DNA of 64,000 nucleotides from positions 150,972,001 through 151,036,000 of the forward strand of contig CM059432.1 in NCBI GenBank assembly GCA_030390025.1, written 5' to 3'. Shown here piece by piece: positions 1-12,520 of this stretch. The position numbers and the translations under genes are program-made. This DNA comes from Squalus acanthias. Its lineage: Eukaryota. The first letter of the stretch is position 1. Every line of letters begins with the position of its first letter. A model generated the notes under the pieces. The model was given only the letters and a program-made list of their open reading frames with translations. It had not been told where the DNA came from and did not search any database.

Positions 1-712
1 GGCAGTGGGCGGGTTGCAGGGGGGGATCAGGTCGGGAATCCCCACGCTCCAAACCCACCTGTTCTTTTTTTAGGTTAAAAATCCCCCCATTGCGCGTGAT
101 TTGCCGAGGCTGGGCCTATGTTCCCTTTGCATTGCCTGGGATTTCCAGGGGCGTCCTGTGGGTGGGGAGATGGGGTGCAAGCATTGTATTCCAATTTAAG
201 TAAGGTGGGAGTCTGATAACAACTCTTCTCGCCTCATTTCCCTCTCTTTACAGCAGGCAAACACCCAACTGGAGAAGCACCAAGAGGGACTGGACATTAA
301 TGCCCAGCCCCGCTTAGGCTGGAGGACTTGAGGAGGGCCCGACAGCAGGATAACCAGGAGAGGGTAAATATTCACTTCTGTGGTGAGGCAGAATGGCAGA
401 GTGATTGGCAGGATTCTGAGGAAATGCTCTCAACAACACAGCAAATTCTGAAAGCAATGTTTGTCACATGGCTTTTAAATCGGTACAAATCTGGGACATC
501 AGTCCATTACATTAATAAATCTATTACAAGAACCATTTGCCATAAAAATAGAAATTGCAAATGTACTTTCAATGTTGTAATTCACTTGAAAATCATGCTG
601 TCACTTATAATGAAACAATAGTTAGACATGTATTATTGATGAAGTAACGCATGACAAATGAAAATGAATGGGCAGATGACGTTATGATGCCAAGTTACTT
701 ACATCAAGTGTG

Positions 713-1225
713 AGCCTTGGCTCAGTGCTAGTACTCATACCTCTGAGGCAGCAGATTGTGGGTTCAAGCCACACTCCAAGAAGTTAGCTTGTAATCTAGG
801 CTGACTCACAAGTACAGTAATGAGGGAGTAGTGCAGTCAGAAGTGTTGTCTTTCGGATGACGTGTTAAACCAATGCCCCATCTGCCTGCTCAGGTGGACA
901 GAGAAGTTCCTGTGGCACTGTCTGAAGAGCAGGGCCGGTGTCCTGGCTGGCATTTATTCCTCAACCTAGATTCCATGGCACCACTTCGAAGAAGAGCAGG
1001 GGAGTTCTCCCCGGTGTCCAAGCCAATATTTATCCCTTAGCCAACATCGCTAAAAAAAAAACAGATTATCTGGTCATTAGCACATTGCTGTTTGTGGAAC
1101 CTTGCAGATTGGCTGCCGCGTTTCCCTATATTACAAAAGTGGCTACACTCTGAAAGCATTTCACTGGCTGAAAAGCACTTTGGGACATCCTGAGGTCATG
1201 AAAGAAGCTATTATACAAGCAAGTC
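713..1225 (+). mobile_element. tRNA-derived Deu-domain SINE (SacSINE1/AmnSINE1-like), with partial internal duplication
   Basis: tRNA-like head (GGCTCAGTG...GGGTTCAAGCC), Deu-like core GTCTTTCGGATGACGTGTTAAACC...GAAGAGCAGGGGAGTTCTCCCCGGTGTCC, tail ...CTATTATACAAGCAAGT; recurs many times in the window. Confidence 0.8.
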
Positions 1226-1244
1226 CGATTTTTCTTTTTTTCTT

Positions 1245-1420
1245 TCAACCAACACCGGCAAATACAGATGGATGGGTCATTCATCTCCTTGCTGCTTGTG
1301 GGAACTTGCTGTGCACAAATTGGCCTCATATGCTTGAATTTCAAAAGTACTTCATTGGCTGTGAAGCGCTTTGGGATGTCCCAAGGATATGAAAGGTGCT
1401 ATATAAATGCAAGTTGCTTC
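1245..1420 (+). mobile_element. Deu-SINE 3' fragment
   Basis: TTGCTGTGCACAAATTGG...GCGCTTTGGGATGTCC...GGTGCTATATAAATGCAAGT matches the tail of other copies. Confidence 0.7.
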
Positions 1421-1484
1421 TTTCTTTATATCATTTATAAATAAATAGTTAAAATCAAAACCTTCACCTAAATGGTAACATAGA

Positions 1485-1978
1485 GGCCGAGAAATTCGAT
1501 GCCGTAACGACGGCCGTTAAGGCTGGTTATGTAGAAAAAATGGCGGCCGCCTCCCTTCTGCCCGCTTCCGGCGCGGGACACGGCAGCCTCCATTTTGGTG
1601 CCGTTGACAGCGCTGGCCTCTCAGATTTCAAGAAGCAGATTATGATGTCAAACGGCATGCAACACCTGATTTGACACCACGACAACTCTCCATTACGGCA
1701 GTTCCCCTTTAAGGGCTCGACACTGCTTCCTAAAATGACAGGCTAGCTTTAAGAGAATGCTGCCTTGCTCCAGGGACGCTACGGCCACAGTACATTGAGC
1801 CTCCCACTGAGATAACCGCCCGAAACACCGCGTCACACAGTAGGTTTTGCGCTGCGCTCATTTAAATCAGTAGGTGGCACCAAAATACCGGTGCTACTTG
1901 CGCTCATTTTGCAGGCGGCCGTTAAACTTGGCTCACGGTGGCACTGCCCGTTTTTGGGCTTAATCAAATTTCTAGGCC
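1485..1978. mobile_element. Harbinger-type MITE
   Basis: TIRs GGCCGAGAAATT / AATTTCTAGGCC; flanks AGA/AGG (imperfect 3-bp TSD); GC/CpG-rich interior. Confidence 0.65.
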
Positions 1979-2675
1979 AGGATTTTCACTATAGAAAAAT
2001 ATAAATGTTTCAAGAGACTTAGAATAACAGGAAAAAAATGGAATATCAAAAATATATAAGGAACTATTTCATAAAATCGAGCTCCCAGTACGGAGTAATG
2101 CCGGCTGGCAGCACATATTGGAATTCATGTGCATTTGCTCCCAACGGGCAAGGCTTCCCAGAGGAAGCAGGATATTGTAAAACTGGCCCTCGATGAACTC
2201 TTATAGAGATAAATAGCAAAATTAGATGAACAAATTGCAAGGTGTAATTGGAGATACATAACTGGTTTGTTTGCGATCTGTTCATAATAGGCACCGTATT
2301 AAAGATCAACTGGAGTTTCATAAAGATAAGTAAGGTAGGGTGTTGGGAGAAGGAAATAAACTGGCAGAGATTTGACATACTAGTGCTTCCGACATGTCTT
2401 CCTTTTTCCTCAACAGAGGATTCCCCTCTACTGTGGTTGACACGGCCCTCGACCGTGTCCGTTCTATTTCCCGCACTTCTGCTCTCACCCCTTCCCCTCT
2501 CTCCTGGAACCACGATAGGGTTCCCCTTGTCCTCACCTTTCAATCCACCAGCCTCCACATTCAATGGATCATCCTCCGCCATTTCCGCCACCTCCAGCGT
2601 GATCCCACCACCAAACACATCTTCCTCTCACCTCCCCTTTCAGCATTCTGAAGGGACCGCTCCCTCCGTGACACC

Positions 2676-3140
2676 TTGCTCCACTCCTCTATCACCCCCA
2701 ACACCACTTCCCCTTCGCCTGGCACCTTCCCGTGCAAGCATAGGAGATGCAACACCTGCCCTTTTACCTCCTCCCTTCCCACTGTCCAGGGGCCCAAACA
2801 CTCCTTCCAGGTGAAACAGCGATTTACTTGTACTTCTTGCAATTTAGTATACTGTATTCGCTGCTCACGATGCGGTCTCCTCTACAACGGGGAGACCAAA
2901 CACAGATTGGGTGACCGCTTTGCGGAACACCTCCATTCAGTCCGTAAGGGTGACCCCGAGCTTCCAGTCACCTGTTACTTTAATTCTCCGCTCCACTCCC
3001 ACTCTGACCTCTCCGTCCTCGGCCTCTTACACTGTTCCAATGAAGCTCAACGTAAGCTCGAGGAACAGCACCTCATCTTTCAATTAGGCACTTTACAGCC
3101 TTCTGGACTCAACATAGATTTCAACAATTTCAGACCATAA
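2676..3140 (+). pseudogene. Penelope GIY-YIG (Uri) endonuclease domain fragment
   Basis: PCKHRRCNTC...FTCTSCNLVYCIRCSRCGLLYNGETKHRLGDRFAEH...LQPSGLN: typical PLE endonuclease; frameshifted from upstream segment 2394-2651. Confidence 0.88.
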
Positions 3141-3411
3141 CCTCTGACCCTATCTTTTTTTTCTTCTCTCTCTCACATGGCAGCTGTCGATCATTCTGCC
3201 ATCGCCATTTACACTTCATCTAGAGTCATCTTTTGTTTCTTAACTTGTTCCATTACCATCTCCTTTTGCCTTGCACCATCATCCCTTTTGTCACTTAATC
3301 TCTCCTGCCTTCCATCCTATCACAGACCTTCCCTTTTGTTCTTTCCTTCCCTCCCCCCTTTCCCTGCCCCCTACACTTGCTTAAAAACCTGTTCCATCTC
3401 CAGCTTTTTCC

Positions 3412-3448
3412 AGTTCTGACGAAGGGTCATCAACCTGAAACGTTAACT
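3412..3448 (+). ncRNA. Minimal type I hammerhead ribozyme in Penelope pLTR (family A)
   Basis: AGTT-CTGACGA-AGG(gtcatcaa)CCT-GAAAC-GTT-AACT: stem I AGTT/AACT, CUGANGA and GAAA cores, palindromic stem III AACGTT. Confidence 0.75.
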
Positions 3449-3829
3449 CTGTTTCTCTCTCCACAGATGCTGCCTGACCTGCTGAGTATTTCCAGCATTT
3501 TCTGTTTTTATTAGAGATTTGACATGTTTGTACAGTTATTTTCACTAGAAGAAGTGGTGATACTTCCGTTCTAATACCTAGAGGAGAGTGAAGATGGTTC
3601 TGAAAGCACAGTGGTTGAATGCGCTGTGTGGTGTGGTACTCATAACAGGAAGGTTCCAGGATCAAGCCCTGGCCTAGGCTGAACTCACTGATCTCAGACA
3701 TGGTGTGATGGGAACATTACAATGGGCCTGAGTGTTTCTGAGGTGGGGAGAGGGGTGGCTTCCACTGCAGAGGGTCATCCAGTCATCCCTGAGAGTATTT
3801 GCTTCTTTTTCTGTATGTGACTATTAAGC

Positions 3830-5153
3830 AACGACATGATAGGTCCAAGTCAGCATGGATTTGTGAAAGGGAAATCATGCTTGACAAATCTTCTAGAATT
3901 TTTTGAGGATGTTTCCAATAGGGTGGACAGGGGGGAACCAGTAGATGTGGTGTATTTGGACTTTCAGAAGGCCTTCGACAAGGTCCCACACAAGAGATTG
4001 GTGAGCAAAGTTAAAGCACATGGGATTGGGGGTAATGTGTTGACGTGGATTGAGAACTGGTTGGCACACAGGAAACAAAGAGTAGGAGTAAATGGGTACT
4101 TTTCAGAATGGCAGGCAGTGACCAGCGGGGTACCGCAGGGTTCGGTGCTGGGACCCCAGCTGTTTACATTATATATTAATGATTTGGACGAAGGGATTAA
4201 ATGTAATATCTCCAAATTTGCGGATGACACTAAATTGGGAGGCAGTGTGAACAATGAGGAGGATGCTAGGAGGCTACAGAGTGACTTGGACAGGTTGGGT
4301 GAATGGGCAAATGTATGGCAGATGAAGTACAATGTGGATAAATGTGAGGTTATCCACTTTGGTGGTAAAAATAGAGAGGCGGACTATTACCTGAATGGTG
4401 GCAGATTAGGGAAAGGGGACGTGCAACGAGACCTGGGCGTCATGGTACATCAGTCACTGAAGGTGGGAATGCAAGTGCAGCAGGCAGTCAAGAAAGCAAA
4501 CGGAATGATGGCCTTCATAGCAAGGGGATTTGAGTACAGGAGTAGGGAGGTGATGCTACAGTTGTACAGGGCCTTGGTGAGGCCACACCTGGAGTATTGT
4601 GCGCAGTTTTGGTCTCCTAACTTAAGGAAGGACATTCTTGCTATTGAGGGAGTGCAGCGAAGGTTCACTAGATTGATTCCTGGGATGGCCGGACTGACAT
4701 ATCAAGAAAGATTGGGTCAACTGAACTTGTATCCTCTGGAGTTCAGAAGAATGAGGGGGGATCTTATAGAGACATTTAAAATCCTGACTGGTTTAGACAA
4801 ATTAGATGCGGGCAGAATGTTCCCAATGTTAGGGAAAACTAGAACCAGGGGTCACAGTCTAAGGATTAAGGGGAAGCCATTTAGGACTGAGCTGAGGAGG
4901 AACTTCTTCACCCAGAGAGTGGTGAATCTATGGAATTCTCTTCCACAGAAGGTTGTTGAGGCCAGTTCGCTAAATATATTCAAAAGGGAGTTAGATATAA
5001 CACTCACAACTAAGGGGATCAAGGGGTATGGCGAGAAAGCAGGAATGGGGTACTGAGGTAGCATGTTCAGCCATGAACGCATTGAATGGCGGTGCAGGCT
5101 CGAAGGACCGAATGGTCTACTCCTGTACCTATTTTCTATGTTTCTATGTTTCT
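3830..5153 (+). mobile_element. 5'-truncated CR1 LINE with open RT-containing ORF2 3' part (3836-5056)
   Basis: QHGF, YLDFQKAFDKVPH, GVPQGSVLGP, FADD motifs; (TTCTATGT)n tail. Confidence 0.95.
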
Positions 5154-5314
5154 AACTTGAGAAGTGTGAAGCCGGAAAATTACAAGTCAATTGGAATTGC
5201 CAACTATCCAATCCCAGTGGACAACATGGAAGTTTTCACCAGGAGCTACTTCCGCATTAATTATTCTCAACAACAGGGTAACTGGAGCTGACAGTCTAGG
5301 CCGATCCATTTGTG

Positions 5315-5510
5315 CAGTATTGAAGGAGTGCTGCATTGTTGGAGGTTCTTGCCTTTCGATACGACATTAAACCGAGGCCCTGTCTGCCTGTTCCAATGCT
5401 TCAGAAGGATGGAAAAGATCCCACAGCATTATTCATCTGGCGCCAGTTTATGGGATGTCATCACTGTATTTGCCTACATAACAACGGTCACTGTGCTTCA
5501 AACAGTATTT
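5315..5510 (+). mobile_element. Deu-SINE fragment
   Basis: CTTTCGATACGACATTAAACCGAGGCCCTGTCTGCC Deu-like core. Confidence 0.6.
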
Positions 5511-6099
5511 CAAAGTGCTAATACATTTTTTAATACAAAAGACTATTTCATAAAATCATAATTTTTACTGCTAGGTAATTATGTATTACTCCAATGTAGA
5601 TTTTCATGCTCAACCTCATACTCTCCAGGGAATTCTGTTAAAGCCAATAAATGATGATTGGTCTTTCTCACCCTCTTCCCTTATCCACACCGTCAGCTAT
5701 TTTAATTTTGGCTGATGATATTTTTGTGTTTTATTTTTAATTGCTCCATATTTATAGATTAGCATATGTGCAGAAGAAAGAAAGAATTTAGATAGTGCTT
5801 TGGATATTTAGGAAACAAGGTTATCGTGGCATACGGAAGGTAAGACTATTTATCTTGGCAAATCACTAATGGCTTTGGGGCCTCCTGGGACTTGCCCGAT
5901 CACCTGCGAGGGCTGGAACAGGAATGTGTTGACACAATCTGAACTGCTTACAGGTCACTGTTCTTTGCTGCCTCCCCCAGGGAGGTGCGAGGTGGAGCAG
6001 AGTTGATGCGAGGGGATGAGAGGAAAATGGATCATGTGCATGGTGGGCCTAATAGCCTTTACTCATCTTGGGTACAGAACATAACATATAAAATAATAT

Positions 6100-6879
6100 G
6101 GGGGAGAAATTCGGTATCGCCCATTTTGGGGCGCTAATATCGGCCGGGCGCAAAGTTTAGCACCCGGGGCTAATTATTGCCTCTGACTGCAAAATTCACC
6201 TCTATCGCCCCTGGAGGTGATTTGAGTGCTAAATCAGGCGCTACACACTTCTCTTAAGGCGCTAACGTCGGGGAGCGAGGCGCTACCTCAGAACGCTACC
6301 GAAGCTCAGGCGATGTCAGTTACCATGGAAGCCAGACAGACTGGCGCCGTCCAGTTCTTAAAGGGGAGGGGCCACCTTGCTGGCCAGCCACACCCTGCTC
6401 ATTGCAGCCTTGAATCTCGGCCTGGAGAGACCTCGAAAGCAATTGTGTTGAAGCACTAATGGATAGGCCCAGGGAAAGAGCTCGGCGCTTAGGAACCTCA
6501 AAAGTGGTGCTGAGGGCCAAAACTCCTTAGGACAGCGTTAAATCTCTCCAGACGTCTCTCTCCCTCTCAACCTGCGTGTAACAAAAATTTTGCCGACAAG
6601 AAAATGCAGGAAGCGGCCACCTTTAAATAGCGCTCCCCCAGACCCTTGCCGACTGCAAAACGTTCCCCTCTACCTGTCATTGCTAGCGGCAGGCGGAAAG
6701 GCAGGGGGCGCGACTCAATATCTGGTCCGGGGCGCTACCGGGGCGTTGCACGCTCGACTGACGTCACGATCTGCGGGCGCAGGAGATCGGGGCGGTAGTG
6801 TTTAGCTAACTTCCTAGTGCCCCGTTAGCGCCCCCCGGAGGTGCTAATGGGAGGGGCTAAGCAACCACATTTTCCCCCC
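6100..6879. mobile_element. Non-autonomous Harbinger (MITE) related to 41425-45624
   Basis: TIRs GGGGGAGAAATT / ATTTTCCCCCC, TSD TAT/TAT, both halves similar to the ends of the full element; retains start of Myb gene (MDRPRERARR). Confidence 0.88.
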
Positions 6880-6909
6880 TATATAACATAACATAACATT
6901 ATCATTTCC

Positions 6910-7200
6910 TTAGGATGTCCCAAAGCACTTCACAGCCAATTGATTACTTTTGAAGTGTAGTCACTATTGTTTTGTAGGCAAACACAGCATTAACTTTTCC
7001 ACACAGCAAGGTCCCACAAATAGCCAATGCATGAACAATCAGATAGGCATTTTATTTTAGTGGCGGTGTGAGTTGCAGGAGGAATGTTGGTCAGGGCAAC
7101 AAGAGAACTGCCCGATCTTCATCGAATTGCGCCATGAGATCATTAGCATCCACGTGAGCAGGCAGTAAGGCCCCATCTTAACGTCTCATCTTAAAGATAT
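6910..7200 (-). mobile_element. Deu-SINE, reverse
   Basis: AGGATGTCCCAAAGCACTTCACAGCCAAT...TTAACGTCTCATCT reverse copy. Confidence 0.7.
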
Positions 7201-7886
7201 AGGTTTGATCGGTTGCTTGGCTTTTAATGTCTTTAAGAGAATTCATTAATTGTCCCAAACCAGAAACCCATATGCTTGATTTTGATTCTCGTATTTTGTT
7301 TGTTTTTCCCATTCATTTGTTTTATGCTTTTCTATATTATACACTGATAATTTACTCAATATTTCATTTTATGAAACAATACACAACAATTCCTTCACTC
7401 ACAGGTTATGTGGTTCATTAACTTGAACGTCTTGGCATCCATTGGAGGGGCATTATATTCTCTTGCTCCGTCTCTGCCCTTTCTCTTTGTCTCTCTGACT
7501 AACCCTCTGTTTCAACACAGCTGCTAATGACGCCACCTGGTGTCTTCTCAGGGCTATAAACTGCAACGAGAACAATTCCAAACAACCTTAACTTTGCATT
7601 TCGCCTTGTCCAAATTGGTCCTATTCCTGAAATAGCCCATTTCATGGGTCTCAGATAATCAAAGTGGTGTTGTACGGTCCAATTATACCTGCCGGAAAGA
7701 ATGTAGACTCTTCACTCCCAGGATCATTCACACAACATGTTACGTATCAGTCCCATGTGCCTTTGGCTTTGCACCGACACTTAGCTTGTCGGGCCTTAAA
7801 TTTTGCAAGGGTTCTTCAGGTCTCTTGCCATGCGACACCGGTGGAACCCCTAGAAAAACGGTCACAACCTGTTGTACTCAGATTAC

Positions 7887-8018
7887 GCTGGAAAGACTCA
7901 GCAGGCCAGGCAGCATCGTGGAGAGAGAGACAGAGTTAACGTTTCAGGTCGATGACCCTTCCTCAGTTCCAGCATTTTCTGTTGTTGTTTCAGATTTCCA
8001 GCATCCACAGTATTTTGT
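7887..8018. mobile_element. Short Penelope pLTR insertion with inverted halves (family A)
   Basis: 17-bp TSD TGTTGTACTCAGATTAC (7870-7886, 8019-8035); 7887-7966 is reverse pLTR incl. hammerhead core, 7967-8018 forward pLTR end. Confidence 0.85.
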
Positions 8019-8379
8019 TGTTGTACTCAGATTACACCAGGTTTCCGCCATGTTTTGGGGGTTCCGTCAGTCTCCAGCAGGGGTTACAGTGGATGACTGG
8101 AAAAGCCCCCAACGAGTCGTAAATCAAGTTCCAAACCGATTTGGAAGGGAAGCAGAATGAGACAACCTTCTCCGTTTGGTCCCATTCTCAGGTTGGGGCC
8201 TGACTCGGGATTTCAGTCCACATTTACACCATAACTACAGTGCCGATATGAAGCGAGACTGCCTCACACAGACACTACAGTTGTACTGTAAATGTACTTT
8301 GGAAGAGACATTTCATTCTCATTTCTGTGATTGTTTCTAGACTAATCAACTCAATTGAAATATTTTAAAGACTGTAAGT

Positions 8380-8660
8380 GAAAAGTGATTGGCAAAAGAA
8401 CCAGAGATGACATGAGGAAATGCTTTTTTATGCAACGAGTGGTTAGGATTTGGAATGCGCTGCCTGATAGGGTGGTGGATACAGATTCAATAGTAGCTTT
8501 CAAAAGGGAATTGGATAAATACTTGAAGGAGAAAAAATTGCAGGGATATGGGGAAAGAGCGGGGGAGTGGGACTAACTGGATTGCTCTTCGAGAAGAGCC
8601 GGCGCGGACTCGATGGGCCGAATGGTCTCCTTCTGTGCTGTACTATTCTATGATGCTATG
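8380..8660 (+). mobile_element. CR1 3' end fragment
   Basis: FFMQRVVRIWNALP...GYG, 3' UTR, ATTCTATG tail. Confidence 0.85.
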
Positions 8661-9001
8661 AAAGGGAAATGTTCCTCACTATTTCTAAGCAATCTTACTT
8701 TGAAACATATTTTAACCACTGCAGCTTGGATGTATGAGGTTGGGTGATCTTACCTGAAGTCATATCGGATTCAAGGGATCAGCCAAGCAGGCCTGAATTG
8801 CACCATTTCCTGATTGCATATAATTGTGGTGTCCAAGCTTTCATCCATGTAGCCACAAGGCTGCATACCATGGAGCTTCGAGGCCACATATAGACATGAA
8901 ATCCATGTCCCCATTAATTTGCATTAATCACAAGTTGTTAATACTAACTGAACAAGAATAGTCCTCTGGTGGAATGGATCGTGAATGTGAATTGTCGTGG
9001 G

Positions 9002-12000
9002 ATAAGAACATAAGAACATAAAAAATAGGAGCAGGAATAGGCCATATGGTCCATCGAGCCTGCTCCGGCATTCAATAAGATCATGGCTGAACTTTTACAT
9101 CAACTCCACTTCCTGCACTATCCCCATATCTCTTGATTCCCTTAGTGCCCAAATCTATCGATCTCTGTCTTGAATATACTCAACGACTGAGCATCCAAGG
9201 CCCTGTGGGGTAGAGAATTCCAAAGATTCACCACCCTCTGAGTGAAGAAATTTCTCCTCATCTCAGTCCTAAATGGCCGATCCCTTATCCTGAGACTGTG
9301 ACCCCTGGTTCTAGACTCTCCAGCCAGGAGAAACATCCTCCCTGCATCTACCCTGTCAAGCCCTGTAAGAATTTTGTATGTTTCAATGAGATCACCTCTC
9401 ATTCTTCTACACTCTAGAGAATATCGGCCTAGTCTGCTCAATCTGTCCTCAGAGACAATCCCCCCCATCCCAGGAATCAGTCTGGTGAACCTTGGTTGCA
9501 GCCCTTCTAAGGCAAGTATATCCTTCCTTAGGTAAGGAGACCAAAACTGTACACAATACTCCAGATGTGGTCTCACCAAGGCCGTATATAATTGCAGTAA
9601 GACTTCTTTACTCTTATACTCCAACCCCCTTGCAATAAAGGCCAACATACCATTTGCTTTCCTAATTGCTTGCTGTACGTGCATGTTAACTTTCTGTGAT
9701 TCGTGTACAAGGACACCCAGATCCCTCTGAATACCAACATTTATTAGTCTCTCACCATTTAAAAAATGTTCTGCTTTTCGATTCTTCCTACCAAAGTGGA
9801 TAATTTCACATTTTCCCACATTATACTCCATCTGCCACCTTCTTGCCCAATCACTTAACAGATCTGAATTCCTTTGCAGCCTCTTTGCGTTCTCCTCACA
9901 GCTTATTTTCCCACCTAACAAACTTCAATATATTACACTTGGTCCCTTCATCTAAGTCATTGATATAGATTGTAAATTGCTGAGGCCCCAGCACTGATCA
10001 TTGTGGTGCTCCACTGGTTACAACCTGCCACCCCGGAACTGACCTATTTATTCCTTTCTGTCCGTTAACCAATCCTCAATCCATGCTAATATATTACCCC
10101 CAATCCCATGAGCCCTAATCTTGTATAACAACCACTTGTATGGCACCAAATGCCTTCTGAAAATCCAAATATACTACATCCACTGGTTCCCCCTTATCTA
10201 CCCTGCTAGTTACACGCTTAAAAAACTCTAATAGATTTCTCAAACACAATTTCCCTTTCATAAAACCCTATTGATTCTCCCCAATCATATTGTGTTTTTC
10301 CAAGTGCCCTGTTACCACATCCTCAATAATAGATTCTAGTGATTTCCCTAATACTGATGTCAGACTAACTGGTCTACAGTACCCTATTTTCTCCCTTCCT
10401 CCTTTCTGGAACAGTGGGGTTATATTTACTACCTTCCAATCCACAGGGACCATTCTGGAATCTAGGGAATTCTGGAAGATCAAAACCAATGCATCCACTC
10501 TCTCTGCAGCCACCTCTTTAAAACCCTAGGGTATAAGCCATCAGGTCCAGTGGATTTGTTGGCTTTCAGTCCCATTAATTTCTCCAGTGCTATTTCTTTT
10601 AAAAGTTAGCGCCCCAAATGGGGCTATAATGAATTTCTCCCCCTAAGTTCCTCACTCTCATTAGACCCTTGGTTCCCCGTGGTATGTTGTTTGTGTCTTT
10701 TTGCCTCTGTACCTCTCTCTCCTCCTTTAAGATGTTCCTTAAAAACCGATCTCTTTGACCAAGCTTTTGATCACCTGTCCTGATATCTCCTTCCATGGCT
10801 TGGTGTCAAAAATGTTTTTATTGAAATCGCTCTTGTTAAGCACCTTGAGATGTTTTGCTATGTTAAAGGTGCTATATAAATGTAAGTTATTGTTGTTGTT
10901 GTCTTCTACTATGAAGACAGATGCAAAATATTTGTTTAATGTCTCTCCCATTTCCTTATTCACCATTATAATTTCTCCTGTCTCTGCCTCTAAGGGACCC
11001 ACATTTATTTTCACTAACCTCTTCCTTTTGACATACTTGTAAAAGCTCTTACAATCTGTTTTTACATTCCTTGCTAGTTTACTCTCATATTCTATTTTCT
11101 CCCTCTTTATCAAGTTTTTGGTCATCCTTTGCTGATTTTTAACACCTTCCCAATCCTCACACTTACTACTAGCCACATTGTAAGTTTCTTCTTTTAATCT
11201 AATACTATCCTTAACTTCTCTAGTTAGCCATTGCTGTACCACTTTTCCAGTGGAGTTCTTATTCCTCAGGGGAATGTATATTCATTGAGAATTATGAATT
11301 ATTTTTAAAATGTTCGTCATTGCTTATATACCGTCATATCTTTTAATCTAATTTTCCAATCTACCTCAGCCAGCTTGCCCCCTCATACCTCCATAATTGA
11401 CCTAGTTTCGGACTTAACCACGTCACTCTCAAACTTAATATAAAATTCTGTCATATTATGATCACTCTTCCCCAGAGGATCCTTTACTATAAGATTACTA
11501 ATTAGCTCTGTCTCATTACACAATACTAGATCTAAAATAGCCTGTTCCTTAGTTGATTCCTGTAGAAAACAGTCTCAAATGCATATTCCATGAACTCGTC
11601 CTGCAAGCTACTTTTGCCAATTTGGTTTGCTCGGTCTATATGAAGATTAAAGTCCCCCATGATTATTGTATTACCCTTGTTACATGCTCCTCTAATTTCC
11701 TGATTTATACTCTGTCCAACACTATGATTACTGTTAGGGAGCCTATAAACTATTCCCACCAGTGTTTTCAGCCCTCTGTTATTTTGTAGCTCCACCCACA
11801 CTGATTCTGCATCCTGATTTTCTGGGCGAAGATCCTTTTTCCCTACAGGTTTTATCTCATCCTTTATTATCAGGGCCACCCCACCTCCTTTTCCATTTTG
11901 CCTACCTTTTCTAAAAGTCAGGTATCCTGGAGTATTTAGTTCCCAACCTTGGTCACCCTGCAACGTCTCAGTAATGGTTACTAGATCAAACCCATTTATC

Positions 12001-12267
12001 TCTATTTGTGCCATTAATTCATCTATCTTGTTATGAATGATTTGTGCATTCAGATACAAAGCCTTTAATTTTAACTTTTTACTATTTTTCCCTGATGTGG
12101 CCTTATTTGCTAATGCCCTATTACCGTTACTAAACGCTCTGTCCCTTCTTGACATAATCTGCTTGATTTTACCCAAATCGCTACTCTGCTCTACAGCCTG
12201 GACTTTTCTCTTCAGACTTATAAATTTGCCCTTATCTGAACCCTCCTTCCTCCTTATTAGTTTAAAG
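9002..12267 (-). mobile_element. Long degenerate CR1 ORF2 (APE endonuclease to RT C-terminus)
   Basis: ORFs 11532-12176 (APE: LYLNA, MGDFN), 10739-11242, 10268-10513, 9142-9921; (TTCTTATG)n tail at ~9002. Confidence 0.93.
10700..10899 (+). mobile_element. L2 LINE 3' end inserted in CR1
   Basis: CTCCTTTAAGATGTTCCTTAAAAACC...GGTGCTATATAAATGTAAGT(TGT)n; TGTCTT on both sides; CR1 resumes in register. Confidence 0.75.
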
Positions 12268-12280
12268 CCCTATGGGCCAC

Positions 12281-12520
12281 GAGTGTGAATTGTGGGATGG
12301 ACGGTGAGTGTGAATTGTGGGATGGACGGTGAGTGTGAATTGTTGTGAATGGGCCGTGAGTGTGAATTGTTGTGAATGGGCCGTGAGTGTGAATTGTTGT
12401 GAATGGGCCGTGAGTGGGAATTGTTGTGAATGGGACGGTGAGTGTGAATTGTTGTGAATGGACGGTGAGTGTGAATTGTTGTGAATGGGCTGTGAGTGTG
12501 AATTGTGGGATGGGTCGTGA
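12281..12520 (+). repeat. Minisatellite, 25-28-bp units (GAGTGTGAATTGTTGTGAATGGGCCGT)
   Basis: About 9 tandem near-identical units, no spacers. Confidence 0.9.

Larger units (their letters stand above)
2379..3512 (+). mobile_element. 5'-truncated Penelope-like retroelement (RT C-terminal remnant + GIY-YIG endonuclease + pseudo-LTR)
   Basis: 13-bp TSD AGAGATTTGACAT at 2366-2378 and 3513-3525; GIY-YIG ORF 2676-3140; pLTR with hammerhead core. Confidence 0.9.

Noticed and set aside
250..365. Plus-strand exon with AG/GT boundaries
   Set aside because: Protein-like reading needs a frameshift or hits a stop; no recognisable homology
3836..5056. Autonomous LINE or host RT gene
   Set aside because: 5'-truncated: no endonuclease, ORF1 or promoter
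7934..7970. Functional hammerhead in the 7887-8018 insert
   Set aside because: Cores present on minus strand but the 5' strand of stem I is lost at the inversion junction
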